A DNA stretch of 64,000 nt, from the IMG/VR virus record IMGVR_UViG_3300027763_000029; one strand, written 5' to 3'. Under the pieces are notes generated by a model. That model saw only the letters and a program-made list of their open reading frames with translations. It was not told the origin of the DNA and made no database searches. Positions 12,369 to 23,720 of the stretch are shown in pieces (position 1 is the stretch's first letter; each line of letters opens with the position of its first letter). The position numbers and the translations under genes were made by a program. Source of the stretch: a virus.

Positions 12369-15300
12369 TCATATAAATGGCCCAATATCGGTATACGATA
12401 CAAGATAGTCATCGTATCCTCCTCCTCCAACGATTAATTTACTTCCATTTGAAATCAATCCAAATCTGGGAGCTATTGTACTTATACTTTTTGCTATAAC
12501 TCCAACATTTCCATTAGAGATAGAGTCTGTAATATCAATCGATATTAATTTATTAGTTGAATTATTTACTGATGAATTATAAAGATTCATATATGCTCTA
12601 TCATAAATAGTATTAACATGTATTCCAGCAGCGATAAATTCGCATCCAACAGGTAGTGTAATAGTATTACTAATAGTATCGGTAGCTGTATTTATTATGA
12701 CCAATCCTGATTGACCCATACTATAATTTGGCATTGGAATAAATAGTCTATTATTAGTATCTAAAAACATATTTGAATGACTAATTAAGCTAGGATAATT
12801 GAATAAACCAGTTGGCAGATTAATAAATTTAGTTATAGTATTAGAGTTTATATCGTAAACATATACTACTCCATCTCCTAAAATATATAGCTTCAATCCG
12901 AATTTGACTATATTTCTAGCAGATACTCCTAGATTTAAACTAGCTGACTCAGTTAGCGGAGTATTAAAAAATGCAGATACATCATAGGACTTAATAAATC
13001 CTCCAACACTAGCATATAATTTACTAGAATTGCTATCATATTTGATAAAATCAAAAGTTCCCAAACCTGAAAAAGAGGTAGTATAATTTGAATATGATGT
13101 TGAACTACCAATACAATGAATAATAAAATTATCTTTAGCAATAAATACGGATCCATTCGTTCCGACAGTTATAGGACATGAAATCCCGGTTCCTAATCCA
13201 ATTGATCTTATGCTGAATATGTTTGATGATACATCCAGACAAAATAATACTCCTCCTGTTGCTCCGGCTAATCCATGTACTCTGTTGGAATTTCCTTCAA
13301 AAACAAGAGATTGAATACCATATCCTGGAAAGTATGCATATGGTGCCACCTGAGTAAAAACCGTTTGTGTTGATGTTGGTGTTGCTGTTAATGTTGGTGT
13401 TGGTGTCTTTGTGGGAGTGATTGTTGAGGTTATTGTTGAAGTAATGGTTGGGGTAATGGTTGGAGTTAGAGTTAAAGTTTTTGTGGGAGTAATTGTACTA
13501 GTTATAGTTGGTGTAACTGTTAACGATGGAGTTAATGTTTGAGTTACTGTTGGTGTCGGGGTTGGAGCAACCGTTATGGTGTTCCAATCACTAACCGAAA
13601 TACCGGTACCATAATTCAAAAGTCTAATTCTCCAAGAGACAATACCATTAGAGTGACCACGAATAAGTGGAATTGCATAACTAATAGGATTATAGTCAAA
13701 TAGTTTCCATTTGATATTGTCAGTTGAAAACTCTAATATATAGTATCCATATCCATCTGTTCTTCGGTCCATATTCGTTATTGTTATGCTATTAGCTGTT
13801 ATATTAGTTATTGATGGTGGGATAAGATTTTCTGGATTAATATAAGTATGAGTATTTGACCAAGGACTAACAATATCTGGAGTAATACTTTTCCAGCATT
13901 TTACTCTCCATATTTTTGATTCAGAATACGTAATATAAGATGTGTTATTGCTGTTAGATGAAACTGTTCCATTTCCTTCTAATATCCAATTAGATCCTCC
14001 ATCCGAAGAAGAGTTTAGTTCAAAAGCTACCTGAAAATCATTGACATTAAATATAACAGCAAACGAGGAAGTACTTACAGATACCAGTGTAGGAACTAAT
14101 GGAAGAGGAGTTGTAGTAGGAGTCGGAGTTGTTGTACTAGTAGCAGTTATCGTTGGAGTTTGAGTTACTGCTGGTGTTCTGGTTGGAGTTGGAGTTGGAG
14201 TTGCTAATGGTCCGTATCCTATACTGTTGGAGCTAATACAGGTAGGGGCCGTATCACTTTGGGTGGCGTATTTCCAATAACCAGAATTAGTTCCATCACC
14301 CTTGTAGTAAGCGGCCTTATACCATTCATTAAAATTGGGAATAAAATATTTTGCTATAGTATTTCTTGATATATTTCCAGAAATTGCGCCACTTAGATTG
14401 TATGCTCCATCCTCAGTAGTACTACTATCTTGAAGTCCAGTTGGTTTATTGTTGTGCAACCAATTGCAATATCTCGCGGTACTGAGCCAACTAACAAGAT
14501 TAATCGGCTTATCATCATAATTTGTTTTAGTTGAGTAGGAATAGCTACCGTTAGTTCCTGATCTTATTATACCTCCTCTACTTATACCCATATTTGCGTA
14601 ATACAGCTCGTACGTATCTGTTGTAGCTACAGCATTCAAAAAATCCCTATATTCATTATTAGTTACTGGATATTTTTGAATCATATATGTATATGAGACA
14701 TTTCCTTTTCTGGAAGGTTTAGTATTAGACTGATTATTAGGATCTCCAACGGATACAAAATTAGAATAATTATTAGGATTAGTTAAAGTTGCTAGACGAA
14801 AACCTATATAATCGCCGAGGCCCCACGAGGCACGCCCATATATTCCTACATCATCGCCGAACTCTGACAAAGAGCTTAAATAGCTACCACCCACATAATT
14901 GTAAGAGCCAACGCCAGGTACATCATCAATCCATTCAAAAACATTACCGTTCATATCATAAGTTCCATAAGCACTTGGTCCACCATTAGTGCCAACAGTA
15001 GTAACATTACCATCTATGCTATCCCAATCAGCACAATAGTTAAAATTAGCAGTATTAGCTCCTGCCGGCAGAGCATATCTAACTGGAGTAGAAGTTGGGG
15101 GTGGGGTTCTTGTTGGAGTAACTGTTAAAGTTGATGTTACTGTTGGTGTTAATGTCTTTGTGGGAGTTCTTGTTGGAGTAATTGTTGAAGTGACCGTTAT
15201 CGTTGGGGTTATTGTTGGAGTTTTTGTTATTGCTGGTGTGTTGGTGGGCGTTACTGTTGGTGTTGGTGTTGGCGATGGAATCATTCCATCTCCTGAAATA

Positions 15301-18300
15301 TCAGCACTAACACAAACTGGATCACTATCATTCTGAGTAGCATATCTCCAGTAGCCAGAATTAACTCCATATCCTTTATAATAAGCAGCTTTGTACCACT
15401 CATTTTCAGTGGGTATATGGTATTTTGCGCCGACTTTTCTAGATACAGCGTTTCCATTAAAAAGTCCATTTAATGAATAAGCACCATCTTCGGTGGTACT
15501 ATTATTTTGAATTCCACTTGGCTTACCATTATGGAGCCAATTGCAATATCTTGCGGCATCAAACCAACTAATCCAATTAACGGGCTTATTTCCATGATTT
15601 ACTTTAACGGAGTATGAGTAACTTCCGCTACTTCCTGACTGTACTATGCCTCCCACTTGACCAATACCATTAGATCCCATATTAGGATGATATAGATTAT
15701 ACGTGTCGGTTATTGCTATAGAATTTAAGAATTCAGTATACTCACTATTAGTCACTGCATACTTTCCTATATTATATATGTATGAAACAGCGCCTTTGGT
15801 GGTATAAGTATCGTTAGCGTTATTAATATCTCCAACAGTAACAAAGTTTGAAAGACCTAAAGGATTAAGCGTAGAATAAGACGAAGCAACTCTAAAGCCG
15901 AAGCTATTACTAACATCACTAGGAATATGACTCCTATTATTTCCTGCTCCAATATAACTTATTGTAAACTCATTAAAAGCACCACCTCTTAATTGACGAT
16001 AAACGCCTTGACTCAATGCTCCTGGGCCACCAACACCATTCAAATCATTCCACTCAAAGATATTTCCGCTTTGATCATATGTTCCGTAAGCGCTTGGTCC
16101 ACCATTACTTCCAACAGTAGTAAGATCTCCGTCATTACCTCCCCAATCAGCACAATTACTAAAATTAGCAGAATTACTTCCAATACTAAAAATAAAAGAT
16201 GATACAGATAAAGCTCTGGTGCTAAAAGAGAAGGTTTCTGGGTCTCTAGCCAACATCATAAAACGGCCATTGTTTAAATAAACTATCTTGGTATAATAAG
16301 TTTGACCACCGTACCCACCCCAGCCAAGAGGTAAATCATTTTTTATTCTCCAATTAATACCATCAATACTTACTCCATAACGATTTTCTCCAGTAATGCC
16401 ATATCCAGCAAATATGAAAGTATGATCTCCATATGCTATGGAACTAGATGCTGGTGCAGAACTGTCTAGGCTAGCATTAGTCCAATTTATAGTGTCATAG
16501 CTATATTTTACTGAAGCACTATTAAATATCGAATCAGATACTGCAATCCATTTTGACTCTCCATAAGTTATGGACATACCACCAATTCCATTAATATTTC
16601 TTTTAGTCCAATTTAACCCATCGGAACTAAAAAGAACACAATCTCCATTTCCAACATAATATCCTCCAGGAACAATAGCTTTATTCGACGGACTAACCAC
16701 AAAGGTATTATTAAGAAAACTAATCCTTGAATAACCAGCATAATAAGTATTAAAGTAGCTGCTAGTTGGAGAGGGTAATGTTCTTGCTGTCCAGTTTATT
16801 CCGTCTGTACTAGTAATATAAAGATGTGGCGATAATGCTGGATATGTTAAGTTTTCAACTACCTGAGTACTATGAGAGGCAACAGCAACAAACATTCCAT
16901 TACCATAGGCTATCGATTGCCAAAAACCATAAGGAATGGTTCCAACTTCCCAGGAGTATCCTTTATCATAGCTATAATAATATTTATTACTTGGTAGCAC
17001 AGAAGCATTATAATCTCTACTAGTCTTTCTTGCTGAAGGCAAAATTATAAGCATACCAGATATAGGATTATATGTTATGGATGAAATTCCAGAATAATAT
17101 GATGGTCCCGAATTAGATCCTGGTAATGACGATAAATCTGGCCCGAGAATCCATCCGTTTTGATTATCTATATTATCGTTTAGATATATAGATCCACCGT
17201 TAGTCAGTATAATGGCAGGAAATCCTTTACCAACTGTGATATAATCACTACCAAGTATCGCAATATCAATAGGACTAGAAACACTACCAAGTCCTAAGTC
17301 ATTTATAGAAACATCAAGACTTTGATTCGTAGTAGAACGCTGAGTAATAAATACTTGTTGGGTTGGAGTAACCGTTGGTGTCGGAGTTTTAGTTGCCGTA
17401 GCTGTTATGGTTTTTGTTATTGTTGGCGTTGGTGTTACTGTGGGGGTTTTTGTTGGAGTTACCGTTAAGGTACTTGTATTAGTTGGTGTTTTTGTTGTAG
17501 TTGCTGTTAATGTATTTGTAGGGGTAGGTGATGGGTCAGGACTTGGACAATGATATGTAAAATTCTGTGTAGTATATCTTGCAATCCCCTTAGTCACTCT
17601 AAGCTCGTCAATATAACAAGTGTTGCTATTTGGATAGTTTGGAGTAGCCCCTATGCAAACTGGTAAAGTATTAGATAAAAGTGTTGGGATTGACGCGAGC
17701 CCGACCTCTGAACCATTAATATATGCTCTAATTTGCCCAGCGGCCCTTGAAAATGCTACGTGGGTCCACTGATTTAATGGAACAGCTGTTGTCCCGAATG
17801 ATGTAGAAGCTGATCCGTTCCAGAAATTCAAAATACCGTTATTTCTAACTGAAAAGCTAAAATTTGTTGATATTCCAGTCGTTGTAAATAGCTGAGTATC
17901 ATAAGTTCCATAAGCAATAATTTTAATCCACGCTTCTACAGTAAAGTCTCCTGAGCCAAAACCAAAAAGAGTACTATTTGCTGGTATTTGTAAATAGTCT
18001 CCTACTCCATCTATATACAAACTACTATTATTAAATCTATAGTCATCAGTTGATATTTTAGCATCTCCAACATAAGAAATAGTATTTGTACTAGAATTTG
18101 AACTACTATCAGTAAATACTTGTGAATTATTAGATCCATTAAAGTGTAATAATAATGAAACATTGTTGCTAAATGTATCGGCACTACCAACAGGACAGGT
18201 CGATGGAGTTAATGTCGGGGTTAATGTTTTTGTTGGAGTAACAGTTGGCGTCAATGTTTTAGTTGGAGTAACAGTTGGCGTCAATGTTTTAGTTGGAGTG

Positions 18301-19688
18301 ACTGTTGGTGTTACTGTGGGAGTTTTTGTTAGTGTTGGTGATACTGTATTTGTTGGTGTTTTTGTTGGAGTTACTGTTGACGTTATTGTTTTTGTTAATG
18401 TTGGAGTTGCTGTTAATGTTGGAGTTAATGTTTTTGTTGGAGTTAGTGTTGGAGTCAATGTTGTTGTTTTAGTAACTGTTGCACTAACCGTTGGAGTTAC
18501 TGTTGGAGTTAATGTGCTTGTTGCAGTATTACTTACAGTAACTGTTGGAGTACAAAGATTATCAGGATTATATGAGCAATAAGGACCACTGCCATTAGCA
18601 AAAGCACTAATAAAAGCAGGTGCTACATCACTCTGAGTAGCATATGTCCAATATCCTTCATTAATACCATATCCCTTATAATATCCAGCTTTAATCCACT
18701 CATCTTCTGTTGGTATCCAATATTTTGCCCCATCTTCTTTTGGATAAATTCCATAGTTAGCACCATCCAAAAAATATGCTCCGTCTTCTGTGGTAGATCT
18801 ATCTTGTAATCCAGTATTTGGTTTTCCGTTATGTAACCAGTTGCAGTATCTTGCTGCATTATACCAGCTGATAAAAACTACCGGTTTATTACCCATATAT
18901 GATCTTGATATATAATCATATATTCCATAGCTTGTTGATCTTTGTATTCCTCCTCTAGGATCAGAGGACATTAGGGGATTATAAGCATTATAATAATCAT
19001 ATTTTGCTGTGCTATTTAAAAAATCAACATACTCATCGTTAGTAATTTCATACTTGCTAATAGCATACTTATAGCTAACGCTTCCATATCCATTAGAATC
19101 ATTAGAATTATTGATATCTTCAATAACAACAAATCTATTATTTTCAAAATCACATGAACATGGTCTAAATCCTAACTTATCCGAAATATATGATGGATCA
19201 GCAAGTGTTCTATCTTTAAGAGAAGACGAACTTGTTGTTGACCAGTTTCCACCCCTATAAACTCTCTTAATAGAGTTTCCACTAATAGTATCATTCCATT
19301 CACTAGCATTACCGTCCATATCATAGCAGTCATAATAGCTTGGTCCGCCATTAGTTCCTACCGACGTTGTGTTACCTTGACCAGTAATATTCCAAATTGC
19401 AAAATTATTATAGTTGGCCGTATTGAATCCAGTTATCCTAGCTAATATAATAGGATTATCTGTAGTAGCATCACTAAAAATTAAATAATACCTATCAGGC
19501 TGTAATTTAAGAAGGTTATTAAAGCTTGATCCTGGTACCCAAGAATACATCTCTAGTCCATCATAGGATATTCCTAATACTTTTTTTATCCTAGATTTAA
19601 ATGGAGCATCATCAATAGTTAAACTGGTTAATCCAGTATATTTGACTATTTCCGTTGCCTGGGTGATGATGCAGAGATTGTCTATCAT
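12369..19688 (-). CDS. Giant (2439 aa) adhesin-like virion protein: domain A, 3 permuted FGE domains, LamG, propeller repeats, 2 Fn3-like domains, C-terminal YVTN-like propeller
   Basis: LamG: VSLLLHFNG...GDFTVEAW...WTHVAFSR...YIDELRVTKGIARYT. Propeller-type repeats: SIAYGNG.FVAV and SxDGINW. FGE motifs as in the neighbouring gene. Confidence 0.85.
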   Translation of the reverse strand: MIDNLCIITQATEIVKYTGLTSLTIDDAPFKSRIKKVLGISYDGLEMYSWVPGSSFNNLLKLQPDRYYLIFSDATTDNPIILARITGFNTANYNNFAIWNITGQGNTTSVGTNGGPSYYDCYDMDGNASEWNDTISGNSIKRVYRGGNWSTTSSSSLKDRTLADPSYISDKLGFRPCSCDFENNRFVVIEDINNSNDSNGYGSVSYKYAISKYEITNDEYVDFLNSTAKYDYYNAYNPLMSSDPRGGIQRSTSYGIYDYISRSYMGNKPVVFISWYNAARYCNWLHNGKPNTGLQDRSTTEDGAYFLDGANYGIYPKEDGAKYWIPTEDEWIKAGYYKGYGINEGYWTYATQSDVAPAFISAFANGSGPYCSYNPDNLCTPTVTVSNTATSTLTPTVTPTVSATVTKTTTLTPTLTPTKTLTPTLTATPTLTKTITSTVTPTKTPTNTVSPTLTKTPTVTPTVTPTKTLTPTVTPTKTLTPTVTPTKTLTPTLTPSTCPVGSADTFSNNVSLLLHFNGSNNSQVFTDSSSNSSTNTISYVGDAKISTDDYRFNNSSLYIDGVGDYLQIPANSTLFGFGSGDFTVEAWIKIIAYGTYDTQLFTTTGISTNFSFSVRNNGILNFWNGSASTSFGTTAVPLNQWTHVAFSRAAGQIRAYINGSEVGLASIPTLLSNTLPVCIGATPNYPNSNTCYIDELRVTKGIARYTTQNFTYHCPSPDPSPTPTNTLTATTTKTPTNTSTLTVTPTKTPTVTPTPTITKTITATATKTPTPTVTPTQQVFITQRSTTNQSLDVSINDLGLGSVSSPIDIAILGSDYITVGKGFPAIILTNGGSIYLNDNIDNQNGWILGPDLSSLPGSNSGPSYYSGISSITYNPISGMLIILPSARKTSRDYNASVLPSNKYYYSYDKGYSWEVGTIPYGFWQSIAYGNGMFVAVASHSTQVVENLTYPALSPHLYITSTDGINWTARTLPSPTSSYFNTYYAGYSRISFLNNTFVVSPSNKAIVPGGYYVGNGDCVLFSSDGLNWTKRNINGIGGMSITYGESKWIAVSDSIFNSASVKYSYDTINWTNASLDSSAPASSSIAYGDHTFIFAGYGITGENRYGVSIDGINWRIKNDLPLGWGGYGGQTYYTKIVYLNNGRFMMLARDPETFSFSTRALSVSSFIFSIGSNSANFSNCADWGGNDGDLTTVGSNGGPSAYGTYDQSGNIFEWNDLNGVGGPGALSQGVYRQLRGGAFNEFTISYIGAGNNRSHIPSDVSNSFGFRVASSYSTLNPLGLSNFVTVGDINNANDTYTTKGAVSYIYNIGKYAVTNSEYTEFLNSIAITDTYNLYHPNMGSNGIGQVGGIVQSGSSGSYSYSVKVNHGNKPVNWISWFDAARYCNWLHNGKPSGIQNNSTTEDGAYSLNGLFNGNAVSRKVGAKYHIPTENEWYKAAYYKGYGVNSGYWRYATQNDSDPVCVSADISGDGMIPSPTPTPTVTPTNTPAITKTPTITPTITVTSTITPTRTPTKTLTPTVTSTLTVTPTRTPPPTSTPVRYALPAGANTANFNYCADWDSIDGNVTTVGTNGGPSAYGTYDMNGNVFEWIDDVPGVGSYNYVGGSYLSSLSEFGDDVGIYGRASWGLGDYIGFRLATLTNPNNYSNFVSVGDPNNQSNTKPSRKGNVSYTYMIQKYPVTNNEYRDFLNAVATTDTYELYYANMGISRGGIIRSGTNGSYSYSTKTNYDDKPINLVSWLSTARYCNWLHNNKPTGLQDSSTTEDGAYNLSGAISGNISRNTIAKYFIPNFNEWYKAAYYKGDGTNSGYWKYATQSDTAPTCISSNSIGYGPLATPTPTPTRTPAVTQTPTITATSTTTPTPTTTPLPLVPTLVSVSTSSFAVIFNVNDFQVAFELNSSSDGGSNWILEGNGTVSSNSNNTSYITYSESKIWRVKCWKSITPDIVSPWSNTHTYINPENLIPPSITNITANSITITNMDRRTDGYGYYILEFSTDNIKWKLFDYNPISYAIPLIRGHSNGIVSWRIRLLNYGTGISVSDWNTITVAPTPTPTVTQTLTPSLTVTPTITSTITPTKTLTLTPTITPTITSTITSTITPTKTPTPTLTATPTSTQTVFTQVAPYAYFPGYGIQSLVFEGNSNRVHGLAGATGGVLFCLDVSSNIFSIRSIGLGTGISCPITVGTNGSVFIAKDNFIIHCIGSSTSYSNYTTSFSGLGTFDFIKYDSNSSKLYASVGGFIKSYDVSAFFNTPLTESASLNLGVSARNIVKFGLKLYILGDGVVYVYDINSNTITKFINLPTGLFNYPSLISHSNMFLDTNNRLFIPMPNYSMGQSGLVIINTATDTISNTITLPVGCEFIAAGIHVNTIYDRAYMNLYNSSVNNSTNKLISIDITDSISNGNVGVIAKSISTIAPRFGLISNGSKLIVGGGGYDDYLVSYTDIGPFI

Positions 19689-19738
19689 TAGATAAAAATT
19701 TCATATGAATTGATAATATTAGCCTTGTCCTATAACAT

Positions 19739-19749
19739 AGTATACACCC
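19739..19749 (-). promoter_or_regulatory. GTGTA motif (candidate late promoter)
   Basis: GGGTGTATACT about 55 nt upstream of the start at 19688. Confidence 0.5.
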
Positions 19750-19782
19750 AACAAGTACAATGAATTTAGCCAGAAATATAAT

Positions 19783-20412
19783 TTATGTTGTTAACCAAAC
19801 CTTTATGCCATCCCAATATGCAGCATCTCTTCTTAGGAGTGTTAGATATTGTCCTTGATCCAAATGAGTAGAATATGATCCAGAACCAGACGATCCTATT
19901 TGAAGTTCCACTACAGGACTACCAACATCGGGCCCAGTATTTTTCCATATTGAAGCTTCTCCATAATTTGGATCTCCATATGCTGATACTGATGTCCATG
20001 ATACATGAATGGTTCCTGAAACTAATGCTGTAACCTTAAGTTGTTCAGTAGTAGTCCATGAATTTTTTGTATAAGCGGTTTCTTCTGATGCTCCGCTACC
20101 ACCAGCATCCCAGGTTCCTGTTAGAGACAAAGATAGTATCATAGTAGGAGGGATCGTCTCCAAGTAAGAATATAGAGTAAAGTTTGGATTGTCTATATTA
20201 CCTATAATTAAGTATTTTTTATTTGTCTCAAAATCAGTTAATGTATTAAATTTTCCATTTGGAGAAAATTCTACTAAATGATCATTATCTTCACTAATTC
20301 CAATTACTTTACTAAGATTATCTAATGCTTCATTTGTTAAATTTGATATCGGCACATTATAACCGGTATACTCTATAAATGAATATTTTTTAGAAATTTT
20401 TACATTTTTCAT
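19783..20412 (-). CDS. Domain A plus small beta-rich domain (virion accessory protein)
   Basis: N-terminus ISKKYSFIEYTG...KVIGISEDND...FNTLTDFETNKKYLII matches the N-termini of neighbouring genes. Confidence 0.75.
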   Translation of the reverse strand: MKNVKISKKYSFIEYTGYNVPISNLTNEALDNLSKVIGISEDNDHLVEFSPNGKFNTLTDFETNKKYLIIGNIDNPNFTLYSYLETIPPTMILSLSLTGTWDAGGSGASEETAYTKNSWTTTEQLKVTALVSGTIHVSWTSVSAYGDPNYGEASIWKNTGPDVGSPVVELQIGSSGSGSYSTHLDQGQYLTLLRRDAAYWDGIKVWLTT

Positions 20413-20424
20413 TTGATCACATTA

Positions 20425-20628
20425 TTATAGAATAACAGTAGTCAATAGCAATTCATTTGATTCTTTATTATATATCTCTATTTTTTCTAAACCCTCTGTA
20501 TTTTCTAATAATTCCATTATTCCTCTAGGATATTTTTTATCATCCAATACAGATAGTATACTATCTAAATTAACTGATGTATTACCATATACATTTACAA
20601 TATATTTTGTTAAAGTTAGTGTTTGCAT
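20425..20628 (-). CDS. Small hypothetical protein (67 aa)
   Basis: Fills the gap in the operon and has AAGGA upstream of the ATG. Confidence 0.65.
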   Translation of the reverse strand: MQTLTLTKYIVNVYGNTSVNLDSILSVLDDKKYPRGIMELLENTEGLEKIEIYNKESNELLLTTVIL

Positions 20629-20642
20629 AATATTTCCTTATT

Positions 20643-23630
20643 TTATGTAGCGTCGTATATTACTATTGATGGGTTGGTATTAGAATATCCACCAAGAGCT
20701 AATCTATTTGATAGATAGATCGTTCCTAATCTTGGAACTCCAACACAGAAATTTTTTGTAAGTATACCTATATCGTCATTATCTATCGAAGCAGCAATAT
20801 CTAATCCTACTAGTCTGTTGGATGAATTACTAGTACTAGAATTGTTACAATTGATATAGGCTATGTCATGAGCAACGTCAACAGCAATATTAGCTTGAAT
20901 AAAGTTAATACCCACAGGCAACGATATTGTATTGCTTATAGTATTATTAGAGGTATTAATTACTAGTAAACAGGCTTGACCATTTCCAAAACTTGGTAAT
21001 GGAATATATAGTTTATGGTTTGTATTATCTAGGAAAGAGTTAGAAGAGCTAATATTGGTAATACTTCCAAATTCCGCTGGTAAAGTTATCGAAGTTACTT
21101 CGGTATTTCCATCAGTATCTATAACAATTATTGAGGTATCAGTAATCAAATATAGCCTATCATCCGTTGAATTGACTAATATATTTTTGACATTAGTACC
21201 AACAGCTAAAGTTAAGCTAGATATTTCAGTAAGAGAAGTAGAGGTAGATGTACTATAGGTCTTTAACATACCTCCTATAATACCATATAAACGATTAGAT
21301 GAACTATCGTACTTAATAAAACCAAAAGATCCAAGAGAACCAGATATACTAATAACAGAATTAAGATTATCTAAATCATAAACACCTATTTTATTATTTG
21401 ATCCAAGATAGATTCTTTCATCTTCACCAATTGTCATTGGACATGTTGCTATTGTCATAGAACTATTTTGTAAATGAAGAGCATCTAGAACATCTAAACT
21501 AGATGAATATGAGTCAAACTTATATATAGATTGAAAAGAAGTATCATAATCAACTAAACAGTAAATAAAATTACTATTACCTCCAACTCCTATATCTGTA
21601 AATTTATGACGACGATATAGACTTTGTAAGTTCTTATATGCCAAAGTAGGAAATACTACCTGAGTCGCTGTTGGCGTTACTGTTGAAGTTGGAGTAACAG
21701 TTGGAGTTTCTGTAATGCTAGGAGTTACTGTTGGACTTAATGTTAATGTAGGAGTCGGTGTTGTTGTTTCTGTAGGTGTTGGAGTTAAGGTCGTGGTTTC
21801 TGTAACAGTTATGGTTAAAGTCGGAGTTGCTGTTGTACTAGGCGTTAATGTTGGAGTTTCTGTTGGGGTGAGAGTTGGAGTTAGAGTATTTGTTGGAGTT
21901 AGCGTTGGTGTTAGTGTTTCTGTTGGCGTTAGAGTTGGAGTTAAAGTCTCTGTTACTGTTGGAGTTACAGTATTTGTTGGAGTTGCCGTTACTGTTGGAG
22001 TAAGAGTTTCGGTTGGTGTTATGGTTTGAGTTGGTGTTATAGTTTGAGTTAGCGTAACAGTTGGCGTAGGAGTTTGAGTTAGCGTAGGGCTTATTGTTAA
22101 GGTTGGTGTTACTGTAACAGTTGATGATATTGTTTGTGTTGGCGTAGCCGTTGGTGAATTTGTAATTACTGGAGTTCTAGTAAGTGTTGGAGTATTAGTA
22201 GGACTTACTGTTATTGTTGGAGTACAAACATTATCGGCATTGTAAGCACAATACGGACCACTACCACAAGATCCAGCACTAATCGATACTGGAGTACTAT
22301 TACTCTGAGTTGCATAATTGAAATAGCTTGGATTTTTATAGTATGCTGCCTTAACCCACTCATCTTCTGTTGGAATCCAATATTTAGCGCCATTATTTTT
22401 TGGTATGATTCCTTGATTTGCTCCATATATATCGTATGCACCAGTTTCTGTGCTGTTGGCAGTTGGTGCTCCTGATACTATTTTGCCGTTATGGAGCCAG
22501 TTAGCGTATCTTGCGGCATTATACCAGCTGACATAAACAACTGGTTTATTTCCCATACATGGCTTACTATAGTAAGAATACGAACCATTAGATCCAGTTC
22601 TGATTATTCCGGCTCTAATATCATTAATTGTAGCAGTATCGTATAGTCCATAAGTATCTACTACTGCCGTAGCATTTAAAAAATCAACATACTGATCATT
22701 TGTTACAGTATATTTTTGTATCATATACTGATATGGTACAGACCCATATCCTGTAACAGCATCTGGTTCATTGTCCTCGTCTAATATCGGGATAAAAAAA
22801 TTATAATTTGAAGGATTTGACCAAGAAGCTAATCTAAATCCTAAAGTATTCAAAGATCCAGAAGGAGAGTATATTGTTCGAGCACTTTTAGCTAAACTGG
22901 AAGATGATGAAGACCAATTTCCTCCTCTAAAGCTTCTGGAAAAATTATTAAGAATATTATCAGTCCACTCATCAACATTTCCATTCATATCATAACAACC
23001 GTAATGGCTAGCACCACCATTAGTTCCAACAACGGTTACATTGCCTGTTTGAGCATTCCATCCTCCAGTATTGTTGTAATTAACAGCATTAAAACCAGCC
23101 ATAACCGGTGGTTTTTCCCATAGAACGAAAGGAGTACCATTAGTAATGATCAAATACATTTTATTAGGAGATAGATAGGTTAAAGTATTAAACTGACTAT
23201 CTTTAGTCCATGAAATAAAAGAAGAACCATTACTACTAACTCCATAAATTTTTTCTATAAAAGGAAATGTTCTGCTTGTAATATTTAAATTTTCTGTATT
23301 CTTATATGTTACTAATGAAATTTTATTTTGTAGTATTATAGAAGATGTTGGTAGAACGTCTGCTGTTACTGGCCCAAAAGAATACTCAGGATATTTTTGT
23401 GAGCTTACTATTATGTAGTTTTTATTTGTTTCTAAACTTGTAAGACTATTAAAAATACCACTAGGTTGATAATAGACATAATGATCTCCGTCTTCACCAA
23501 CTGTAAAAATAGTAGATATTTCTGATTTAACATTATTATCAAGACTATCTAAAGATAGATTATCTCCTAAATATTCTATAAAAGATAGCTGTTTTGTGAT
23601 ATTAATGCTATTACCATTGATCATATTCAT
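20643..23630 (-). CDS. Adhesin-like protein: 2x domain A, permuted FGE domain, Thr/Pro stalk, YVTN-like beta-propeller
   Basis: The C-terminal ~330 aa align with the C-terminus of the 2439-aa protein ([17 protein letters not shown] vs LGTFDFIKYDSNSSKLY; [17 protein letters not shown] vs INTATDTISNTITLPVG). Confidence 0.85.
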   Translation of the reverse strand: MNMINGNSINITKQLSFIEYLGDNLSLDSLDNNVKSEISTIFTVGEDGDHYVYYQPSGIFNSLTSLETNKNYIIVSSQKYPEYSFGPVTADVLPTSSIILQNKISLVTYKNTENLNITSRTFPFIEKIYGVSSNGSSFISWTKDSQFNTLTYLSPNKMYLIITNGTPFVLWEKPPVMAGFNAVNYNNTGGWNAQTGNVTVVGTNGGASHYGCYDMNGNVDEWTDNILNNFSRSFRGGNWSSSSSSLAKSARTIYSPSGSLNTLGFRLASWSNPSNYNFFIPILDEDNEPDAVTGYGSVPYQYMIQKYTVTNDQYVDFLNATAVVDTYGLYDTATINDIRAGIIRTGSNGSYSYYSKPCMGNKPVVYVSWYNAARYANWLHNGKIVSGAPTANSTETGAYDIYGANQGIIPKNNGAKYWIPTEDEWVKAAYYKNPSYFNYATQSNSTPVSISAGSCGSGPYCAYNADNVCTPTITVSPTNTPTLTRTPVITNSPTATPTQTISSTVTVTPTLTISPTLTQTPTPTVTLTQTITPTQTITPTETLTPTVTATPTNTVTPTVTETLTPTLTPTETLTPTLTPTNTLTPTLTPTETPTLTPSTTATPTLTITVTETTTLTPTPTETTTPTPTLTLSPTVTPSITETPTVTPTSTVTPTATQVVFPTLAYKNLQSLYRRHKFTDIGVGGNSNFIYCLVDYDTSFQSIYKFDSYSSSLDVLDALHLQNSSMTIATCPMTIGEDERIYLGSNNKIGVYDLDNLNSVISISGSLGSFGFIKYDSSSNRLYGIIGGMLKTYSTSTSTSLTEISSLTLAVGTNVKNILVNSTDDRLYLITDTSIIVIDTDGNTEVTSITLPAEFGSITNISSSNSFLDNTNHKLYIPLPSFGNGQACLLVINTSNNTISNTISLPVGINFIQANIAVDVAHDIAYINCNNSSTSNSSNRLVGLDIAASIDNDDIGILTKNFCVGVPRLGTIYLSNRLALGGYSNTNPSIVIYDAT

Positions 23631-23720
23631 AATATTTTATATCTTTAGTCCTAAGATCTTATTTAAATGATTGTTATTCCTCAATGGTCATAAAGAGGAG
23701 TATTCTGTAAAATTAAAACA

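Noticed and set aside
5466-22029. Plus-strand Val/Gly-rich ORFs (e.g. 6210-6581, 7479-8453, 11124-11417, 18163-18582, 21715-22029)
   Set aside because: They are antisense shadows of the Thr/Pro codon repeats, which lack stops on the opposite strand.
1049-23630. Active diversity-generating retroelement acting on the FGE domains
   Set aside because: No reverse transcriptase and no non-coding template repeat with adenine-specific differences was seen in this window. One could lie elsewhere in the genome.
1049-23630. FGE domains as true formylglycine-generating enzymes
   Set aside because: The catalytic Cys pair expected between RGG and GFR is absent; a binding role fits better.
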